Shown in pieces: positions 38,690 to 53,130 of a DNA stretch of 60,000 nucleotides. The stretch comes from Vicugna vicugna (Eukaryota), in assembly GCA_013265495.1 (NCBI GenBank), contig MU058059.1:3635502-3695501 (forward strand), read 5' to 3'. How positions within the stretch are numbered: the first letter of the stretch is position 1; every line of letters starts with the position of its first letter. The position numbers were made by a program, and so were the translations under genes. The notes under the pieces are model-generated. The model had not been told where the DNA came from and searched no databases. It saw nothing but the letters and a program-made list of their open reading frames with translations.

Positions 38690-38835
38690 CATCCTCCCGT
38701 CCATTCATGCATCCACCCAAGAAAGAATGTATTTATCCATCCATCCATCCACCCATCCGTCCATCCGTCCATCCATCCATTTATCCATCTACCTGTCTAT
38801 CCACCCATCCATCCATCTACCCGTCTATCCACCCA
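38690..38835. repeat. Degenerate (CCAT)n tetranucleotide repeat
   Basis: Directly visible. Confidence 0.85.
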
Positions 38836-41800
38836 GTATTGATTGCACACCTACTGTGGGTCAGGCACCCTGAAAGACCTCTGGGTTACAGAATTGAGCA
38901 AAACATACTTGGGACCTCCCCTCGTGGATCTTAAGGTTCATTGGAAGACGCAGAGGAGTAGGTGGACAAGCACAAATCTGTGTGAGGAGTGCTCTGACGG
39001 GGGCGGGGTACCAGGCATGCCTAAACGAACCTCTGCTGCTGTGTTTTTAAGTTCTTGCTTACATTCCAATTCTCCTGAAAAGCGTTCTGTTAAGATTGAC
39101 TTCTCACAGAGATTCTTCTGACATTTGTCACATTCTGCCGTGTACGTTTAGTCTCCCTTTTATGTACTTCTTAGCCGCTTATGCATGCATATGCTTTTAT
39201 TTACGTATACGTGGCTTGATTGCTTGAGCTGGAATTCCCAACGTGGCTGTTTGCAGGTTAACAACGCGGTGGCCTCTCTGGGCCCACGTTACTATGAGAA
39301 CTTGCCCGGGGCTTCTGTGTTTGTTTCGGTGTTGGTGCTGGGGGTGTGGCGTCTGATTCCATCCGCCCTCTGGACGGGGCTGGCTCTCTTAGGAAGGGGT
39401 GTTTGGGCCCAGAAGCCAAGGGAGCCCTTTCTCATGGAAGATGTTGTGAGATGCGGGGCCCAGGGCTCCTGTGACAATGGCTCTTCCATTTCTGCCAGAT
39501 TCCTGCTCGCCTCTGGCATCTCAGGGCTGGTGGCTTTGAGTATCAGGAGACTGTGTGGGCCAGTAAGTGGTGCCAAGGTGGGTGCCCCCCACCCCAGCCT
39601 TCAGGATCACGGGCCAGGCCAGAAGGGGCCTGAGAGGCGAGGAAGGAACCAGTAGGAGCAGCTGAAGTCTCGGGGTGAGCAGGGATGTTTCCTTGGACAG
39701 CCTCAGACTCCTCTGCGGGATGCGGCTGCCGAGGGCCCGGCTGGGAGCCCGCTGCCCACACTCCGCAGACGGCCTTCTTCCTCGGCTGGCTCCCGGGGCT
39801 CGTGATGTCCTTTGCAGACTTTGCAATACCTCATCCATGGGTCAGGTGCTCAGAAGGGAGGCACCTGCCGAGTTCTGTCTGGTGTGTGCAAGGGCTGCAG
39901 CGATCTGGACTCGAAATGTGGCTCCTGCCACTGATGAGCCGTCGCTCCGCCCGGGTGACGGCCCTGAGACTCCAGCCTCCCGCTTTCCAGCTGCCCCACC
40001 TTGTGTGCGGCTTTCCTCTCGGTCAGAACTCCTCCCCCAGTGCTGCCTTCTCATCGGACCCCATTCCTGCATCGCTTAGAGCCAGCTGCTCAGGGAGGCG
40101 CCCCGGGCCCATCCTTCCCTTGTCCCCGCGTTCTCTGTGGAGCGTCCGGAAAACGTTGTCTTGGCTCTTCTCACAGCACTTCTTAGTCTTCTGCCTTTGA
40201 TTAAAGCTGTTTCTGCACGGGGCACACCCCTCCCTCCAGCCTTGCCAGCAGGAGCTATGGCGGAGGAATGTGGCATCACGCAGAGAATCTTGCACTCACT
40301 GGACACCAGATCGAGGTGAGCAGTGCCTCTTCTGCACAAAACCAAGAGGCAAGGATGGCTCGTTTGTGAAATCATTTCTGTCCACATTAAGATTTAAGGT
40401 TCCCATGGCTGCACAACAGCAACCGTGGGGACAAGCGCGTGCCATTTGAGCTGGCATTTAGAGGCCCTCCCGCTGGTTAAGCAGGCAGAGCCCGCCCTGA
40501 ACTCTCACCGAAAGCCTGTTCTTTCAAAAGAACAAACCCAGCATTCTGGGCATAGCTGTCACGGCTGGAAACAGCCGCAAAGGAAAACTGAGAAAACGGT
40601 GGGCTCAATTACCAGCATTAAAACCGCTGAGCGTTTTGAAGAGCATCTCGGTGAAGGTCACTGTAGCCCCAGCATCACCTAGTCCTGGAGGCTGCAAAGC
40701 TCAGGCTGACATTATGTTCTCTCTTGTTTATTTAGTTGGTTTTTGAGGCCAGGGAGAATTAATCCTGCCTAATCCATGCACCATAAGTCCAGCTCAGGAC
40801 GCCAGCTTGGAGTGGGCACCCTGCTGCCTGTGCTGGCCGGGTGCTCGGATCCCAGTGGAAAACGTGCCAGCAGCACATGGTGCCCGCTGTTCTCTCCTGG
40901 GGAGATTCCTTGGCACAGCGCATCCCGAGATCCACTGGACCAGAGCAGCAGGAATTCCCCGCACCCGGGACTTGTGCGCCAGCACGCACAGCTGGAGTCT
41001 GACTGCACGCGGTAAAGATGCAGAACCCACATGGAGCTTTGTGGTTACTAAAATGCTCCCACACCCTGCAGGCTGTCCGATTCTCAGGATCGTCCACCGG
41101 TGGCCAGGGCACGGATCAAATGCTGTGTGGTTCGAGTTCTTTGGTGGCAAACAGCAGAAACCGATGTAGGCTGACTTCAGCCGAAGTGAATTTACTGGGA
41201 GGCTGCAGGGGACTCGCAGAATCTCAGGAACGGTTAAAGACCCGGTGGAGATGGGCCAGCTCACAGTGCCGGCCCATCCCAGGACCCTGCGGTTAGCAGT
41301 CGAGGGTCTGGGGAGAAGCGGCTGCAGGCCCAGCTCAGTCAGCACCCGCCCCGGGACAGAGTCCTGCTCGGGGATCAGCTGGGGAGGGTGCGGTGGGGGC
41401 AGCAGCAGAGGAAGGATATTCCCCAAAATGAATGCGCGAAGCTCTTAGCGCAGGAGGGTCGTGGACGTTGGTGACTCGAAAACCACAGTGCGGACCACTG
41501 TCCCCATTCGAGACCACCTTGAGAATAACCACCCCTCGTTCCATCGTGGTGTCTGCAGCCCGTTTCCTCCCAGATTTGTTCTCAGCACCCCTTCTGTGTC
41601 TCCGGGCTTCAGTGCCTTGCGTCCTGCCCACTCCCCTGCGGGGCAAGTGGGGCTGGGGATTTCGGCTGGCTTCGGGTTTACGCGGCAGGTAGCAAACCAC
41701 TGGGAGGAGAGGATGGTTTGTTCGGGGTCCATGGATCCCTTGTAAGTTACACCCATGGAAGTTCCCAAGGGCGAAGGCCATCTTTTGCTCAAGACGCGAA

Positions 41801-44051
41801 ATTCCTTCTGATGATGCACAGCAGAGCTCAGTGGACCAGCACTGAGGGGCCACGCTCTGGCCAGGGCGGCTGGGCCGTGGCTGGGACCTCTGCCAACCGG
41901 CTCTTCTTCGATGGAGATGAGGACGTGAAGCCAGCACGGCTCAGTAGCGGGGGACTCTCAGCTCTCTGGTTTTAAGGTTCCGGAGCAAGAGGAACAGATG
42001 GGTGTGGTGACAGTCCTGAAGTCGGGTGGTAAATTGGTTGAGAGCCAGGAAACAAGCCTGCTTCTCCCGACTCCAAAGGCATTGGGTTGGTCAGAACCGC
42101 TTTCCTCCAGGCGCTGGGGGTGTTGGGTGAGGGCACTGGGGGCGTGGGCACCTCAGGGGACGTGTCCCTCTCCTGGGGGGTGACTCACAGCCAAGAGCTC
42201 CGCGGGGCAGTGGAGCATGTGTGGGGGCTGGGGCTCAGAAGCGGACCCTCGAGGCTGTGGAAGCCTTGACTACTGGAGTCTGGGGGACAGGGGAGCCGTT
42301 GTGTTTACACTGCCGCAGCCTTTCTGGTTTTTCTCACAGCTTTGGGGATGTGCCTACACCCGCACATCCACACCCATAAGTACCGGGGAGCCACCTGCTT
42401 GATGCCCGCAGAACAATCGCAGGCTGGCTGAGCGTCCCCGTTGGCAGGTCCCGACAGCAAGAGCCGGGGGAAGAGGGGCGTTGCCCGGGAGTCCCCCGGT
42501 CTCCTCCCTCTCGCGGCCCCTCGGCCAGAGCTCCAGCCTGTGCTCACGCCTCGCCAGCCCTGACAGGCGGGCTGGGACCACCAGGGCCAGCTCAGCTGGG
42601 CGAGCCAGGGTTTACTCTTAGGGGTTCCTTTTGTCACGGATGGATATCTGAACAAAGTCGGGGCTCTGTTTGCAAGGGGCTGGGGTCGGGGACTGGAAGC
42701 TGGGTAGGCAGTCACTGTCCCTCTGAAAGCAAGGTCCTGTCCTCCACATCAGAATGAGCCTGTCCATTCCTGCCCCAGCCCTCCCTGCAGAGAGGGCATT
42801 GGTTTCCTGAAAGGCTCGATTCCCGTTAAGGGTTGTGAACCAGCAACACACTGTTGCCTCGTGAGCTCGCCGAGCGGAGGGGACCTGCTTTGTTCCTCTC
42901 CGACAGCGCGTCACCCAGCACGGTTCCTGGTGTGCGCAGAGCTCGGTATTTGCTGGACTGGATGAGCGTTTATTCAGGCACGACCCCATTCACATCTTCT
43001 TTCCTCGTTTATTCTTTTGGTGACTCCACCTGCTGGTCTGGGTTGCAGCTGGAATGGAGAAGGACATTTATTGCCACTGAATGAGGAAGGGTCAGAGTGA
43101 GCAGGCAGGCGGCAGGTGGAGCTCGGAGGTGTTCCCGGAGAAGCAGGTCAGGCAGACGATGACTCCCGGAGGCTCTGGAAGACAAACCAGCTAAGCAGAT
43201 GGGCAGAAAACGAAACGTGCTGTTAATGCAGAAACTTCCAAGTGGCTGCAGGAGCGAAAACCTTCGAGAAGCTGATGAAACTGGCACGTGGACTGCGTCT
43301 GTCTTCATTCACATGGACTTAACCCGGAATGAAAACACGGTCTTAACTGGGATCTTCCGTTCACAGCCTGCGTTATTTTCTCCCTTACTTTCGCCTTTTC
43401 TTTTCGGCCTGGCTTCCTAACTCCTGGGCGTCTCACTCCGGTACATCTGCAGCTTCTCAGCTGGGGTGTGTGTGGGGTGTCAGATGCGATTGCACGGCGA
43501 GCTCCTCCTGTCTCTGGAGTTAGATGTTAAAGAGACAGAAAACAGGGCTCAAGACCACGTGTACCTTGGCTCTGAGTTAGACACCCGACAGCCATGTTCC
43601 TGGACCTCATTATCGCAGCTCCCCGCAGAAGAGCCTCCGGCGAATTCAGATTCAGCGTCACGTCTTCAGCTTTTGCAGAGGGCAGCCAACACAGAGCCGG
43701 ACTTTTGAGGAGCACATCTGGGTGCGCCACAGAAGCACAGTGAGTGACTTTATCCTGTTACCCAAAGTCCTTTTCGTGAGACCCTGCAGGGCGGAGCAAG
43801 GTGTGTTTCCCCAAATGAACTTTCTGTTGCCCTCACAGTGGCGAGGGCGCCCATACTGTCACAGGGCACTCGGCACCGAGCGTGTCCCCAGTGGCAGCGT
43901 CGGCCACATCCCTAGTGCCTCGTATCTGCTCATTTGCTCCCTTCAGCCTGACTTTGATGTTGTTTTTATTATTTATTTTTCTGTCGTGTATCATGGTTGA
44001 TTTCCTAAGTTGCCGCAAACGTTTATGGATATGTGTGCATGTGCTCTTTTT

Positions 44052-44180
44052 CCTACTTACCTACCAGTCTACCCACCCACCCACTTACTTACTTACCTAC
44101 CCATCTACTTACCTACCCACCCACCCACCTACTTACCTACTCATCTACCCACCTACCCACCCACCTACTTACCTACCCAT
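44052..44180. repeat. Degenerate (CCTA/CCCA/CTTA)n tetranucleotide repeat
   Basis: Directly visible. Confidence 0.85.
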
Positions 44181-44829
44181 TATAAAAGAAATGCTTATAT
44201 AAGCAAATACATAAAGACTCAAGGATGTGGAACTGATATATTCCTGTTTGACATTCAAGTGGTTTGGACTGCATTTCAGAAGGTCACCTTTGGTACAAGT
44301 GAAGTTTTAAAATTTGGATCCAGCAAGGCCAGGACAGCATCGTGACCTTACCTCTAAGATGTCCAGGTTACTTTTCGCCTTGCCCACCAGTTCCTTGCAA
44401 GAATCCTAAGGACGTCTTGGGCAGTGAGGAGAGACCTAACCAGGGGTGAGTGGTCTGGGCTCTATAAGCTGGATGGGCTCCTAGCACACGGGGTCCATGG
44501 AGAGGGAGGCCAAGTCCGGCCAGACCAGCAGCCACTGAAGAAATGTGAAACCACCGCACGTGTTTCTCAAAGTCACTCTCCCTTCAGTGCTTGAAGCAGA
44601 TAGGCCTCTGTCATAAACACGCTAATTGCTTATCAAATATTGACTAACACTGAGTCGTTTTCTTTCCGGGCAAGTCACATTCCTAAATCATTAGCAAATG
44701 AGAGGTTTGTGAAAAAATTTGCCAAAGCCTCTGGGTGTGTGTGCACATGGTTAATGGTCAGCAAATAGATAGTTTTCTTTATTGCCTGGAGAGTCTGTTT
44801 AATGTTTAATCTGAAAAATTTTACCACTC

Positions 44830-45080
44830 ACAGGTGGTGTCTAAAGTGGTCACCTTCACAGAAACAGAAAGTAGAATGGGGGCTGCTGGTGCGGGGGAGG
44901 CGGGGAGCGGAGTTCTTGCTCAGCGGGGATGGAGCCTCAGTTTTGCGAGATGAAGAAGCTTCGGTGGTCTGTTGCAGAACAACGTGAACATGTGAACATA
45001 CTTAACGCCGCTGAACTGTACGCCCAAAACTGGGTGAGGTGGTAAATTTTATGTTATGTGTTTTTTACCACAGTTGCGAA
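44830..45080 (+). mobile_element. Old L1 (L1MB-like) 3' end
   Basis: acagaaagtagaatgg...gatgaagaag...ctgaactgtac...gtaaattttatgttatgtgtttttta. Confidence 0.65.
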
Positions 45081-47810
45081 AAATCGTAGAGGACATACGT
45101 GTAGCAAGTGAACATACTTCCATAGATCTTATAGTTTGAATTCTTTTTTGGTTGATGGAATTTTTCTGCTGTGAGAAGAGGCAAAGCTTACAAAGGAAAA
45201 GGCTTCTTTTTCCCTGAATCTTAGGCAACGTCTCAGGCTACTGGTGAGCAGCAGTTAGTTGAACATCTGTTTAGTCTATGGCGGTGTGTCTGTAACGTGA
45301 GTTCACGTGTGTGGAGAATTTGAATGCCCTTCTTTACATTTCACTGGTGGTCATATGTGTTTTCTTGTGCAAAAGGAAATCACAGCAATGCTTATTAATG
45401 TTTCAGCCACTATATAAATCACCCATTAAGGAAGATATTTCTGAATACATACCCAAGAGGAATGAAATTAGGGTCTTGGAGAAATGCTTGTACACCCATG
45501 TTCATAGCAGCAATATTCACAAAGGCCAAAAGGGGGAAGCAACCCAGGTGTCCATCAACAGACAAATGGATGAGCGAAATGTGGCTGAGACAGTGGAGTG
45601 TTACTCAGGCTCGCCGCCCTCGGCTCGGGGCAGGCGCCCCACCCTGGGGCCGGGTGAAGCCCGTGACGGCCGGACCGTGGGGTTGGCCACGCGGCCACAA
45701 GGGCCCGAGGGAGCGGTGCTCGCTAAGCAGCCGTCCTCGTTCTCTGCCTCCGTAGCTACCTCTCCACCTCGTCTTCGCTCAGTGCCTCCTGCTTTCAGGC
45801 TCACGGACCACAAGTTCCCTGGAGCCCGTTTTCCCAGCCACGCCAGAGGCGCCGTGCGCGGGGCTGTCTGTCTTTCCCTGCCGTGCGGGGACGTGGCGGG
45901 CAGTCGGCCCCGGAGGAGGCCCTGGCCGCCCCCCACCCCCGCCCCGACCTCGGACGTCCAGCCTCCAGAAGCCTGAGCGGCACGTTGCTCATGCTTTACC
46001 CCGCAGTCTGCGGTGCTGAGCTAAGACGGGGGCCGTGACATGTCCTCGGGTCCGGGGATGTTCTGAGCTGAAGGGGGAGGAGAAAAATGACTGCGTCTCA
46101 TACATGTTACTGACAAGTGGAGATGAGCTGCATCTTTGATACTTTAAAGTGAGCGTTTTAAGAAACGTGGCGAGTGATGTCACAAGTGCGAATGGGTCAT
46201 GCTCTTCCCAGTGCAGGGGGACCCGCTGTAAGTTCCTCCCGTCTGCCCACAGCATGTGCTGAAGCCCCTCCTCTGTGTCGCGCGCGCGCACGCTGTGTGT
46301 GTGTGTGTGTTTGTGTGTGAAGGGATTGTTCCCTCCTGGAACCAGAGCATCCTTGGAGCCGACGCCAGGCATACTCCGGGTTTTGCCACTCCCCCGTTGG
46401 GTGGCCTTGGGCAAGTGATTAAGTCTCCCTCGGCCTTAACAGGATCAGTGACACGATTTGCAGGGCCCAGTGCAAAATGAAAATGCGGGCCCCTTTCCAA
46501 AGACCATCAGGAGGGCATTCAACCACGTGGGGTCCCCGAGACAGTAGACTGTGCACCCAGGACGTGTGGGTGAGGCCGTGACCCAGCACCCTCAACACAG
46601 CAACCCTGAGGGTAGCCTGGCACGAGTGCCGCACAGGGGACAACACAGGTTGAAACAGACGCCACTCGACCAGGCGCTTGGCCCAGCTGCGCCGGGTCAG
46701 TGGAGCCTCAGGCAAGTCTCCAAGCCCTTAGTGTCCCCACCTGTGACGAGAGGGAGCCACTCACCTCACCCCCCCGACAGGTGCCGGGAGCACCGAAACC
46801 CACGTCCCCGGACACCCTCTGTCCTGAGCAAACTGGGTGCCGGTCCATCAGGTTTCCAGGAGGCAGCCCGTGTACCTCGTTTGCCTGAATCCCTGCCACA
46901 GATCCACGCGTGGGACAGAGGGATCACCTCCATTTTGCAGGCGTGGAGGCTGAGGTTTGAGGGGTCACTCGTGGTAGCCCCAGGGTTAGAACAGGGCCAG
47001 ACTGTTTTCATTCCCAAGCCGGTGCTCTCCCCTGCCCCCGGGGTCCCGGGCATCAGAACCATCACCCCAGAGCCAGCCCAGAGCTTCTGAAGACTACTCC
47101 ACAGCTTGGGGATGGAACCCCAGGATGTGCATCTCCACCAAGCTCCCAGCGGGAGCTTGTGCGCTGGTTCAGGGGCCACATCTGGGGACCACCACTCTGG
47201 TGGGACCAGTGTTCTCGTCTTGTTTGCACCTGGGAGCCACCTGGCGACCTGGGGAGACGCTGACACCAGGGGCCCCACCCCAGGGTTCTGTGTACTTGGT
47301 CTGCGGGGTGGCGGGGCATCGGGGTTTAAAGGTCCCCAGGAGATCCCAGCATGCCGCAGGGGTTGAGGCCGCTGCTCTGTGCCAGGCGGTCGGTCTCCCG
47401 GTGGAAAGAGACACAAGCATCCTCCCTCTTATCTGGAGAGACATACCAAGTCCAGAACGCCATCAGCTTAGAACCCAAATCGGATAGTCAGAGGCGTGCC
47501 TGAGCCCGCATGCAAGATGAAGACAAAACCAGGGCCAAAGAAAACGAACAACAGATGTTTGGGAGACACTGGGGCCTTACGAGTGTTTTCCGTCTCTGAC
47601 TTTGACTCAGATAAGAGGCGGCTCCCCAGGATGGCTGCTGCCCTCATCCTAAGGGACCGGCTTGAACAGAAGGCCCCCCCCAAGTGCGGGCCTCCCCCCC
47701 AGAGGGTCTGAGCTTGCCCCCTTCCCTCAGCCAGGAGGTTCCAACCGCGTGTCTGCCGCACCACTGGCGTCTCAAGGTGCGAGTTGTGCTAAGGTGGGGG
47801 TACTACGTGG

Positions 47811-48030
47811 TGGGGTGGGCGGCCAGATTTAGGAAAAACGAACCCCTAGACAAACAGAGAACAAAATTCCCCCAAGCCAGACGCCCAGGCACATTTAGAT
47901 CTCAGATGAACGATGAAAAGTTTTTAGTGTGTGTCCCGGGGAACACTTGAGATGTACTTGTAGTGAAGAATTATTTGTTGTTTATCTGAGCTTCAATCCC
48001 GCGGGCATCTCGGGTCTCATCCGTAGCCCT
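47811..48030. mobile_element. MER53-like DNA transposon remnant
   Basis: gccagatttag...tcagatgaac...tttttagt...ttgtttatctga resembles MER53. Confidence 0.45.
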
Positions 48031-51000
48031 GTTTGTGGGGCTTGGTTTCTGTCAAGCCCTGCCCCCTCCCTGGCTGCACTCCAGGGCACACTCCTCACGT
48101 TCCCTGCGAGCAGGTGGAAACGCTCGGCATCTCTGCTGTCCTCCCGGAGCCCAGTCCCCAGCCTGGGCTAGGTGGGGAAGGCAGTGTTGGAGCCTGGCCC
48201 CCTTGCTTTGTAGTTGTTTGTTTCCTCCTCTTCCTCTCAGGAGCTTCCTAAGGAGAAACAATCGCAGGGGCTGTGCTCTTGGCTGAACGGTGTGCAGTCC
48301 TGCGACTTGGTCTGATGTCCATCGTGGGATCGCTGACCCTCTGGAGGAATGTGAACAGCTGCGTCAGGCCAACCGGGCCGCTGAGGGCAGGTGGGACCTG
48401 CACTGCTGGGCCTCTGCTGTCGGCCGCCGTGTGGGGGCAGCAGACGCCCGGGGCCTCGGGGCGGAGGGGAGGGGGGCCTGCGGGCACCAGGATGGCTCGG
48501 GGAGCAGGGCAGGCCGTGTGGTCAGAGTCACTTTTCTGAGCTGGGGGTTTACGGAAGGAATGCAGAGCCCTGGGCCCAAGGCGGAGCTGTCCTAGTGTCT
48601 AACTGGTGCTCAGGGCCTCTGGGGAAACCTGGACAGCGTGTGTGAAGGAGGCGGGGAGGGGTGGGGGGCTCTGCGCACAGGTTGTGTTTGGCAGAGTCAG
48701 GAGGGCAAAGAGCGACTTGTAAAGCTCAGCAGAGAGAAGTGAGCTCCATTTCCTCCTCCTGTTTGGCGCCGATTCTGTACTGACCTTTCTGTTCACAGGG
48801 CCCCTCAACAGACAGCGAGGCCGTGCTGTGTTCTAGGGGCCTGAGACCCAGCGCTGCTGAGCTGCGGTGAGAAAACTGCTCTCTGCCACCTCCATTGTCA
48901 CTGCAGTAAATCTACAGACCTGCCCCGAGCCCAGCCGCCTGGACCACCTGGGATTGCGGCTTGTTTATGGGCCCACAGACACACAACGCGGGGGAGCCAG
49001 GGAGGGAGACACAGGACCAACAGAGATGCAGCCTCTCCAACCAGCTGTTGAAGGAGGGGACCACGTGGGCGTCAGGAATGTGAGTATGAAAGAGGGAGCG
49101 TGTGTGTGTGTCTGGATGGCAAGAAGTTCTAGGAGAATTTTGACTTTCCCCCAGCAAATACTTTCTTTTTTATCCTGTCTCTGAAAGGACTTCAGTGGGT
49201 CAGACACTGAGGACCCTCACCTGCTGATTAACCACTGGCCCCGAGTCCTCCCTGGTTTCTCCCCGGGGCCCGTGTCCTCCTGCGGCTACACTGGGTTCTC
49301 ACAGGCCTCATGCGGCCACGGAGTGGGGCGTCATACCTTTATGCCTTCTACTGCAGGCTTGCAGCTCACCCTCCCCCACCAGACATAAAAAGCTGTTAGA
49401 CAGAGGGGTAGGCGTGAGGCAGGTGTGAGGCCCCCTCCCAGATCCCCCACAGCTGATCACGGAAACGGGAAGCACGTTTGTGCAGTGAGTTCCGAAATAC
49501 AGCACATCACCTCCATTACCCCTCTAACCCCAGCACCGAGCGGCGGTGCTGTGCGGCCCTGGCGCCCCTCCAGGAAGAGCCTGACCTGAGACGATGGGGA
49601 GGCCGACGGTGAGGGCAACTTCGTCCCCTCATTTTCACAGCCGGTGTGGGATTCCTGTCCCTGCTGCGGTGCCAAGAGGTGGCTGAACCAGCAGGTCTGA
49701 TGAGCAGGTGTGAAGACGTCTGCTGTGTCATCGGTGCTTTCAGATGATCATGAAAACTAATTGAGACCGACCCCTGTGGCTCTGCCGTGTTCTGTCTACC
49801 CGTCCGGGCAGCTTCTTTAAAAGGAGCGTTTTCTTTCCCTTCCGGTGCATGTGCTGGTCAAATCCGAGACTTCGATAAGTGAAAGAAATAATGCACTTCG
49901 TGGACAAGTTAGAAAAGAGACAAGCAAGAAAGACTGAGGAGAGCCCGGCCCCGCTGTGTTGCGGCCACGGCCATGGCCACGGCTGCCGGCTGCTGGGACT
50001 CACCTCCGACCTTCCTCGTGGGCCGCGCTCAGCGTGACCTATTTTTGCAGCCCTGGGGTCCTTGCCCACACAGTCTCGTACTCGGGCCTTTCCCTTAGTG
50101 TACAGGGCGAGCATTCTCGCCTGCCGTGGAAGTGTTCTAAGGTGATTTTCACGCCTGTAGGCTGTGCCAGGTCAGCATGCTGATTCACTTCTCACCCCTG
50201 CTGTCAAAATGTCTAAACGGAAAAGAGCCAGCCCAGGTCTTCTCTCCTGGGGGAAAGCCTGGGCCTGACTTCGAAGGGACCAGGTCTGCCGCAGGGAGGG
50301 AGGCTCCTGCACCCAGACCCGCTGCCTTGGGAGCCCCGGGGGCCAGCTTCCTCTCCGCATTGTGGAGTCTGTTCGCTTAAGCGTGACCCACAAGTTGAAG
50401 GTATTAATTCGTGTCCCCCTGACCACCCCCAGATGAACACCCGATGTGAAATCAGGAGGGAAAAAAGATGTGCGTCGGAACCACCGCTGCCTGCGCTGCG
50501 GGGGATGCCGGGAGGAAGAGACACGGTTACCTCCCCAGGCCTCAGCCCGGCCTTTTATAATCAGCGTCAGGACGTCTTTCATGGCAGGAACACAAAATGA
50601 GGCTGCGTCAAAGGGACTCCTTCTGAGAAGAAACTGTTGAACAGGCTTGACGGGTGAGCGGAACTGGGAGGGGCAGGGCGGGTGGGGTGGCAGCTCTCAT
50701 TCCCAGGCCTCCGAGAGGCCCCAGCAGCGTTGGTGGCTGCCCCCTTGCACCCAGGTGTCCCCTCCGCCTGCGCCACCAGCTCGAGGCCACTGGCCTTGTC
50801 CGGGGCAGCGCGAGGCGGCGAGGCGGGAATGTCCGTTACATGGCCTCCCTGATTTCTCCCTCGCCTGGTCCTGACTTCTCCTTTGCCCTAATCTGCTAGT
50901 AGATACTCGTCCTCTCTCAGAGACACTCGGGCGTCCAACAAAAACATGGAAAAGAACAGCCCTTTGTTGTCTGCCTTCAGGAACCCGGCTCGGTGAGGCC

Positions 51001-51244
51001 CCAGCACTGAAGGGCTCAGTGACTCACGGTTTCCTTGGCTGGAGCCTCCCAGCACCCAGGGACCTGCTCAGTGCGCATGGGACATGATCTTAGTCACCCT
51101 GAGGTCGTCCCCATGGACCTCGAGTCTCGCCCCACGCGTCTCCTCCTGAGCTTGCACCACTGCTGGCATCAGTTGCTCTTTTTCTTTTTTTATCATGGAT
51201 TTAAAATTTTTTAATTTTTTATACAATTTTAATATTCATTCATT

Positions 51245-52020
51245 TATTTTTTTGTTGAAGTATAGTTTGTTTACAATATTGTGTTAATTTCTGGGGGACA
51301 GTATAATGATTCAGTTATGCACATGTAAATATTCCTTTTCATACTCTTTTTCATTATAGGCCATTACAAGGTATTGAATATAGTCCCCGTGCCGTACAGT
51401 AGGGCCTTGTTGTTTATTTTATATCTAGTAGTTTGTATCTGCAAGTCCTGAACTCCTAGTTTATCCCTCCCCGCCCTCCCTTCCCCCCAAGGTAACCATA
51501 AGTTTGCTTCCTATGTCTGTGAGTCTGTCTCTGTTTTGTAGATAAGTTCATTTGTGTCCTTTTTCCCTAAGATTCCACATGCAAGTGATATCATATAGTA
51601 TTTTTTCTTTGTCCTTTTAGCTTACTTCCCTTAGCATGACGATCTCCATGTCCATCCCTGTTGCTGCAAATGACATTATTTTATTCTTTTTTATGGCTGA
51701 GTAGTGTTCCGTTGTATAAATATACCACATCTTCTTTATTCAGTCATCTGTCAATGGACATTTAGGTTGTTTCCGTGTCTTGGCTATTGTAAATAGCTGC
51801 TGTGAACATTGGGGTGCATGTCTCTTTTCAAATTAGCATTCCCTCTGGATATGTGCCCAGGAGTGGGATTCCTGGGTCATATGGTAAGTCTATTCCTAGT
51901 CTTTTGAGGAATCTCCACACTGTTTTCCACGGTGGCTGCACCAAACTGCATTCCCACCAGCGGTGTAGGAGGGCTCCCTTCTCTCCACACTCTCTCCAGC
52001 ATTTATCGTTCGTGGACTTT
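51245..52020 (-). mobile_element. L1 3' end (3'UTR plus ORF2 terminus)
   Basis: ttgttgaagtatagttt...ggtaaccataagtttg...gattccacat...tttatggctgagtagt...gaatctccacactgttttccac; ORF 51802-52209 is the typical antisense-L1 peptide. Confidence 0.85.
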
Positions 52021-52679
52021 TTAGTGATCAGTGTCTCTTTTAAAATAATCCCTATGGGCCGCGGGACAGAGTGCTATGTTAGCACGTGGGAGCTCCTGGG
52101 GCCGCCTGCCTTTAGGGGCCCCCATCCACATCACACTTATATCTGGAAAGAGAGCTATAGCCCTTATTACGTTTCTGAAAAATTTGGGAAGTTTTTCTAT
52201 AAACTATAAAATTGTGAGTTTCACTTGAAACAACTTCATTTTGCTTTTGTGACCTTTTTTGTGAGCAGGGCTGTAAGGCGAATTCCTAGCTGAGAACTTC
52301 CTGAGTCAAAAGCTGGCATGTTTCAAACTTTGATACGTTTTGAACTCCTGAAAGGGTATCCCAAATTACATTTCTGTCAGTAACATACGGCAGTGTCAGT
52401 GTTTTACCCTCACTGAGACTTGGTTGTCATTAAGCTTTTAATTTATGCTAATAAATAGCCCATAATCACTTAATTTGCACATATTTAATTGTGAACGAGA
52501 GGACTTTTTTTCCCATTTCTATTTTGCGTCTGTGACTGGTGTATATGACCCTTTGCAGAGCATTTAGATGAGTTGGTTTCTTTTTCTTACTCAGTTGCGA
52601 GAGAAAAGCCAGGTTTTCAAAAGTCAGTTACATTTCTCTGATTTGGGGGAGAATTCACCCTTAACTGAGCGTCCTTCCT

Positions 52680-53130
52680 CTGTCCGTGCCGGGGGCCTGG
52701 ATTCTTACGCCCCCTGGGGCGTGTGAGGCTCGGGCCTCCCGCGTCTGGCGCTCGCAGGCATCCGTCTCCCCGCACCCTCCAAGCCGCGAGGCCGCGGGTG
52801 TTCTCCGCCTGCTTCCAGCCCCTTCCTCTTCTGCCGCCGGCCGGAGAAGGCGCTCGGCTCGCAGGGCCACCTGGCCAACCTCCCAGCCGAGCTCGTGGGG
52901 GAGGGAGCTCGTCACACTCACGGGCGGGGGCGGGCGTGGGACCCTGGGACGGGCCGCTTTTACCGTTCTGACGCGCACGGCAGCGGACTTTTTGCAAATC
53001 CAGGCCTGGGCGGAGCGCTGGGAACAGAACGGGCGGCGGTGGCGCTGCAGCGAGGGGGCGGGGGCGGGGTCTTCGCGCTGCAGCACCCGACCTCGGCTCA
53101 GGGCGCCACCCCCAAACCTGGGATCGTCGC
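52680..53130. promoter_or_regulatory. CpG/GC-rich patch with GC boxes; possible distal regulatory element
   Basis: Dense CpG; GGGGCGGG motifs at about 52926 and 53054-53070. No associated gene is visible. Confidence 0.35.
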
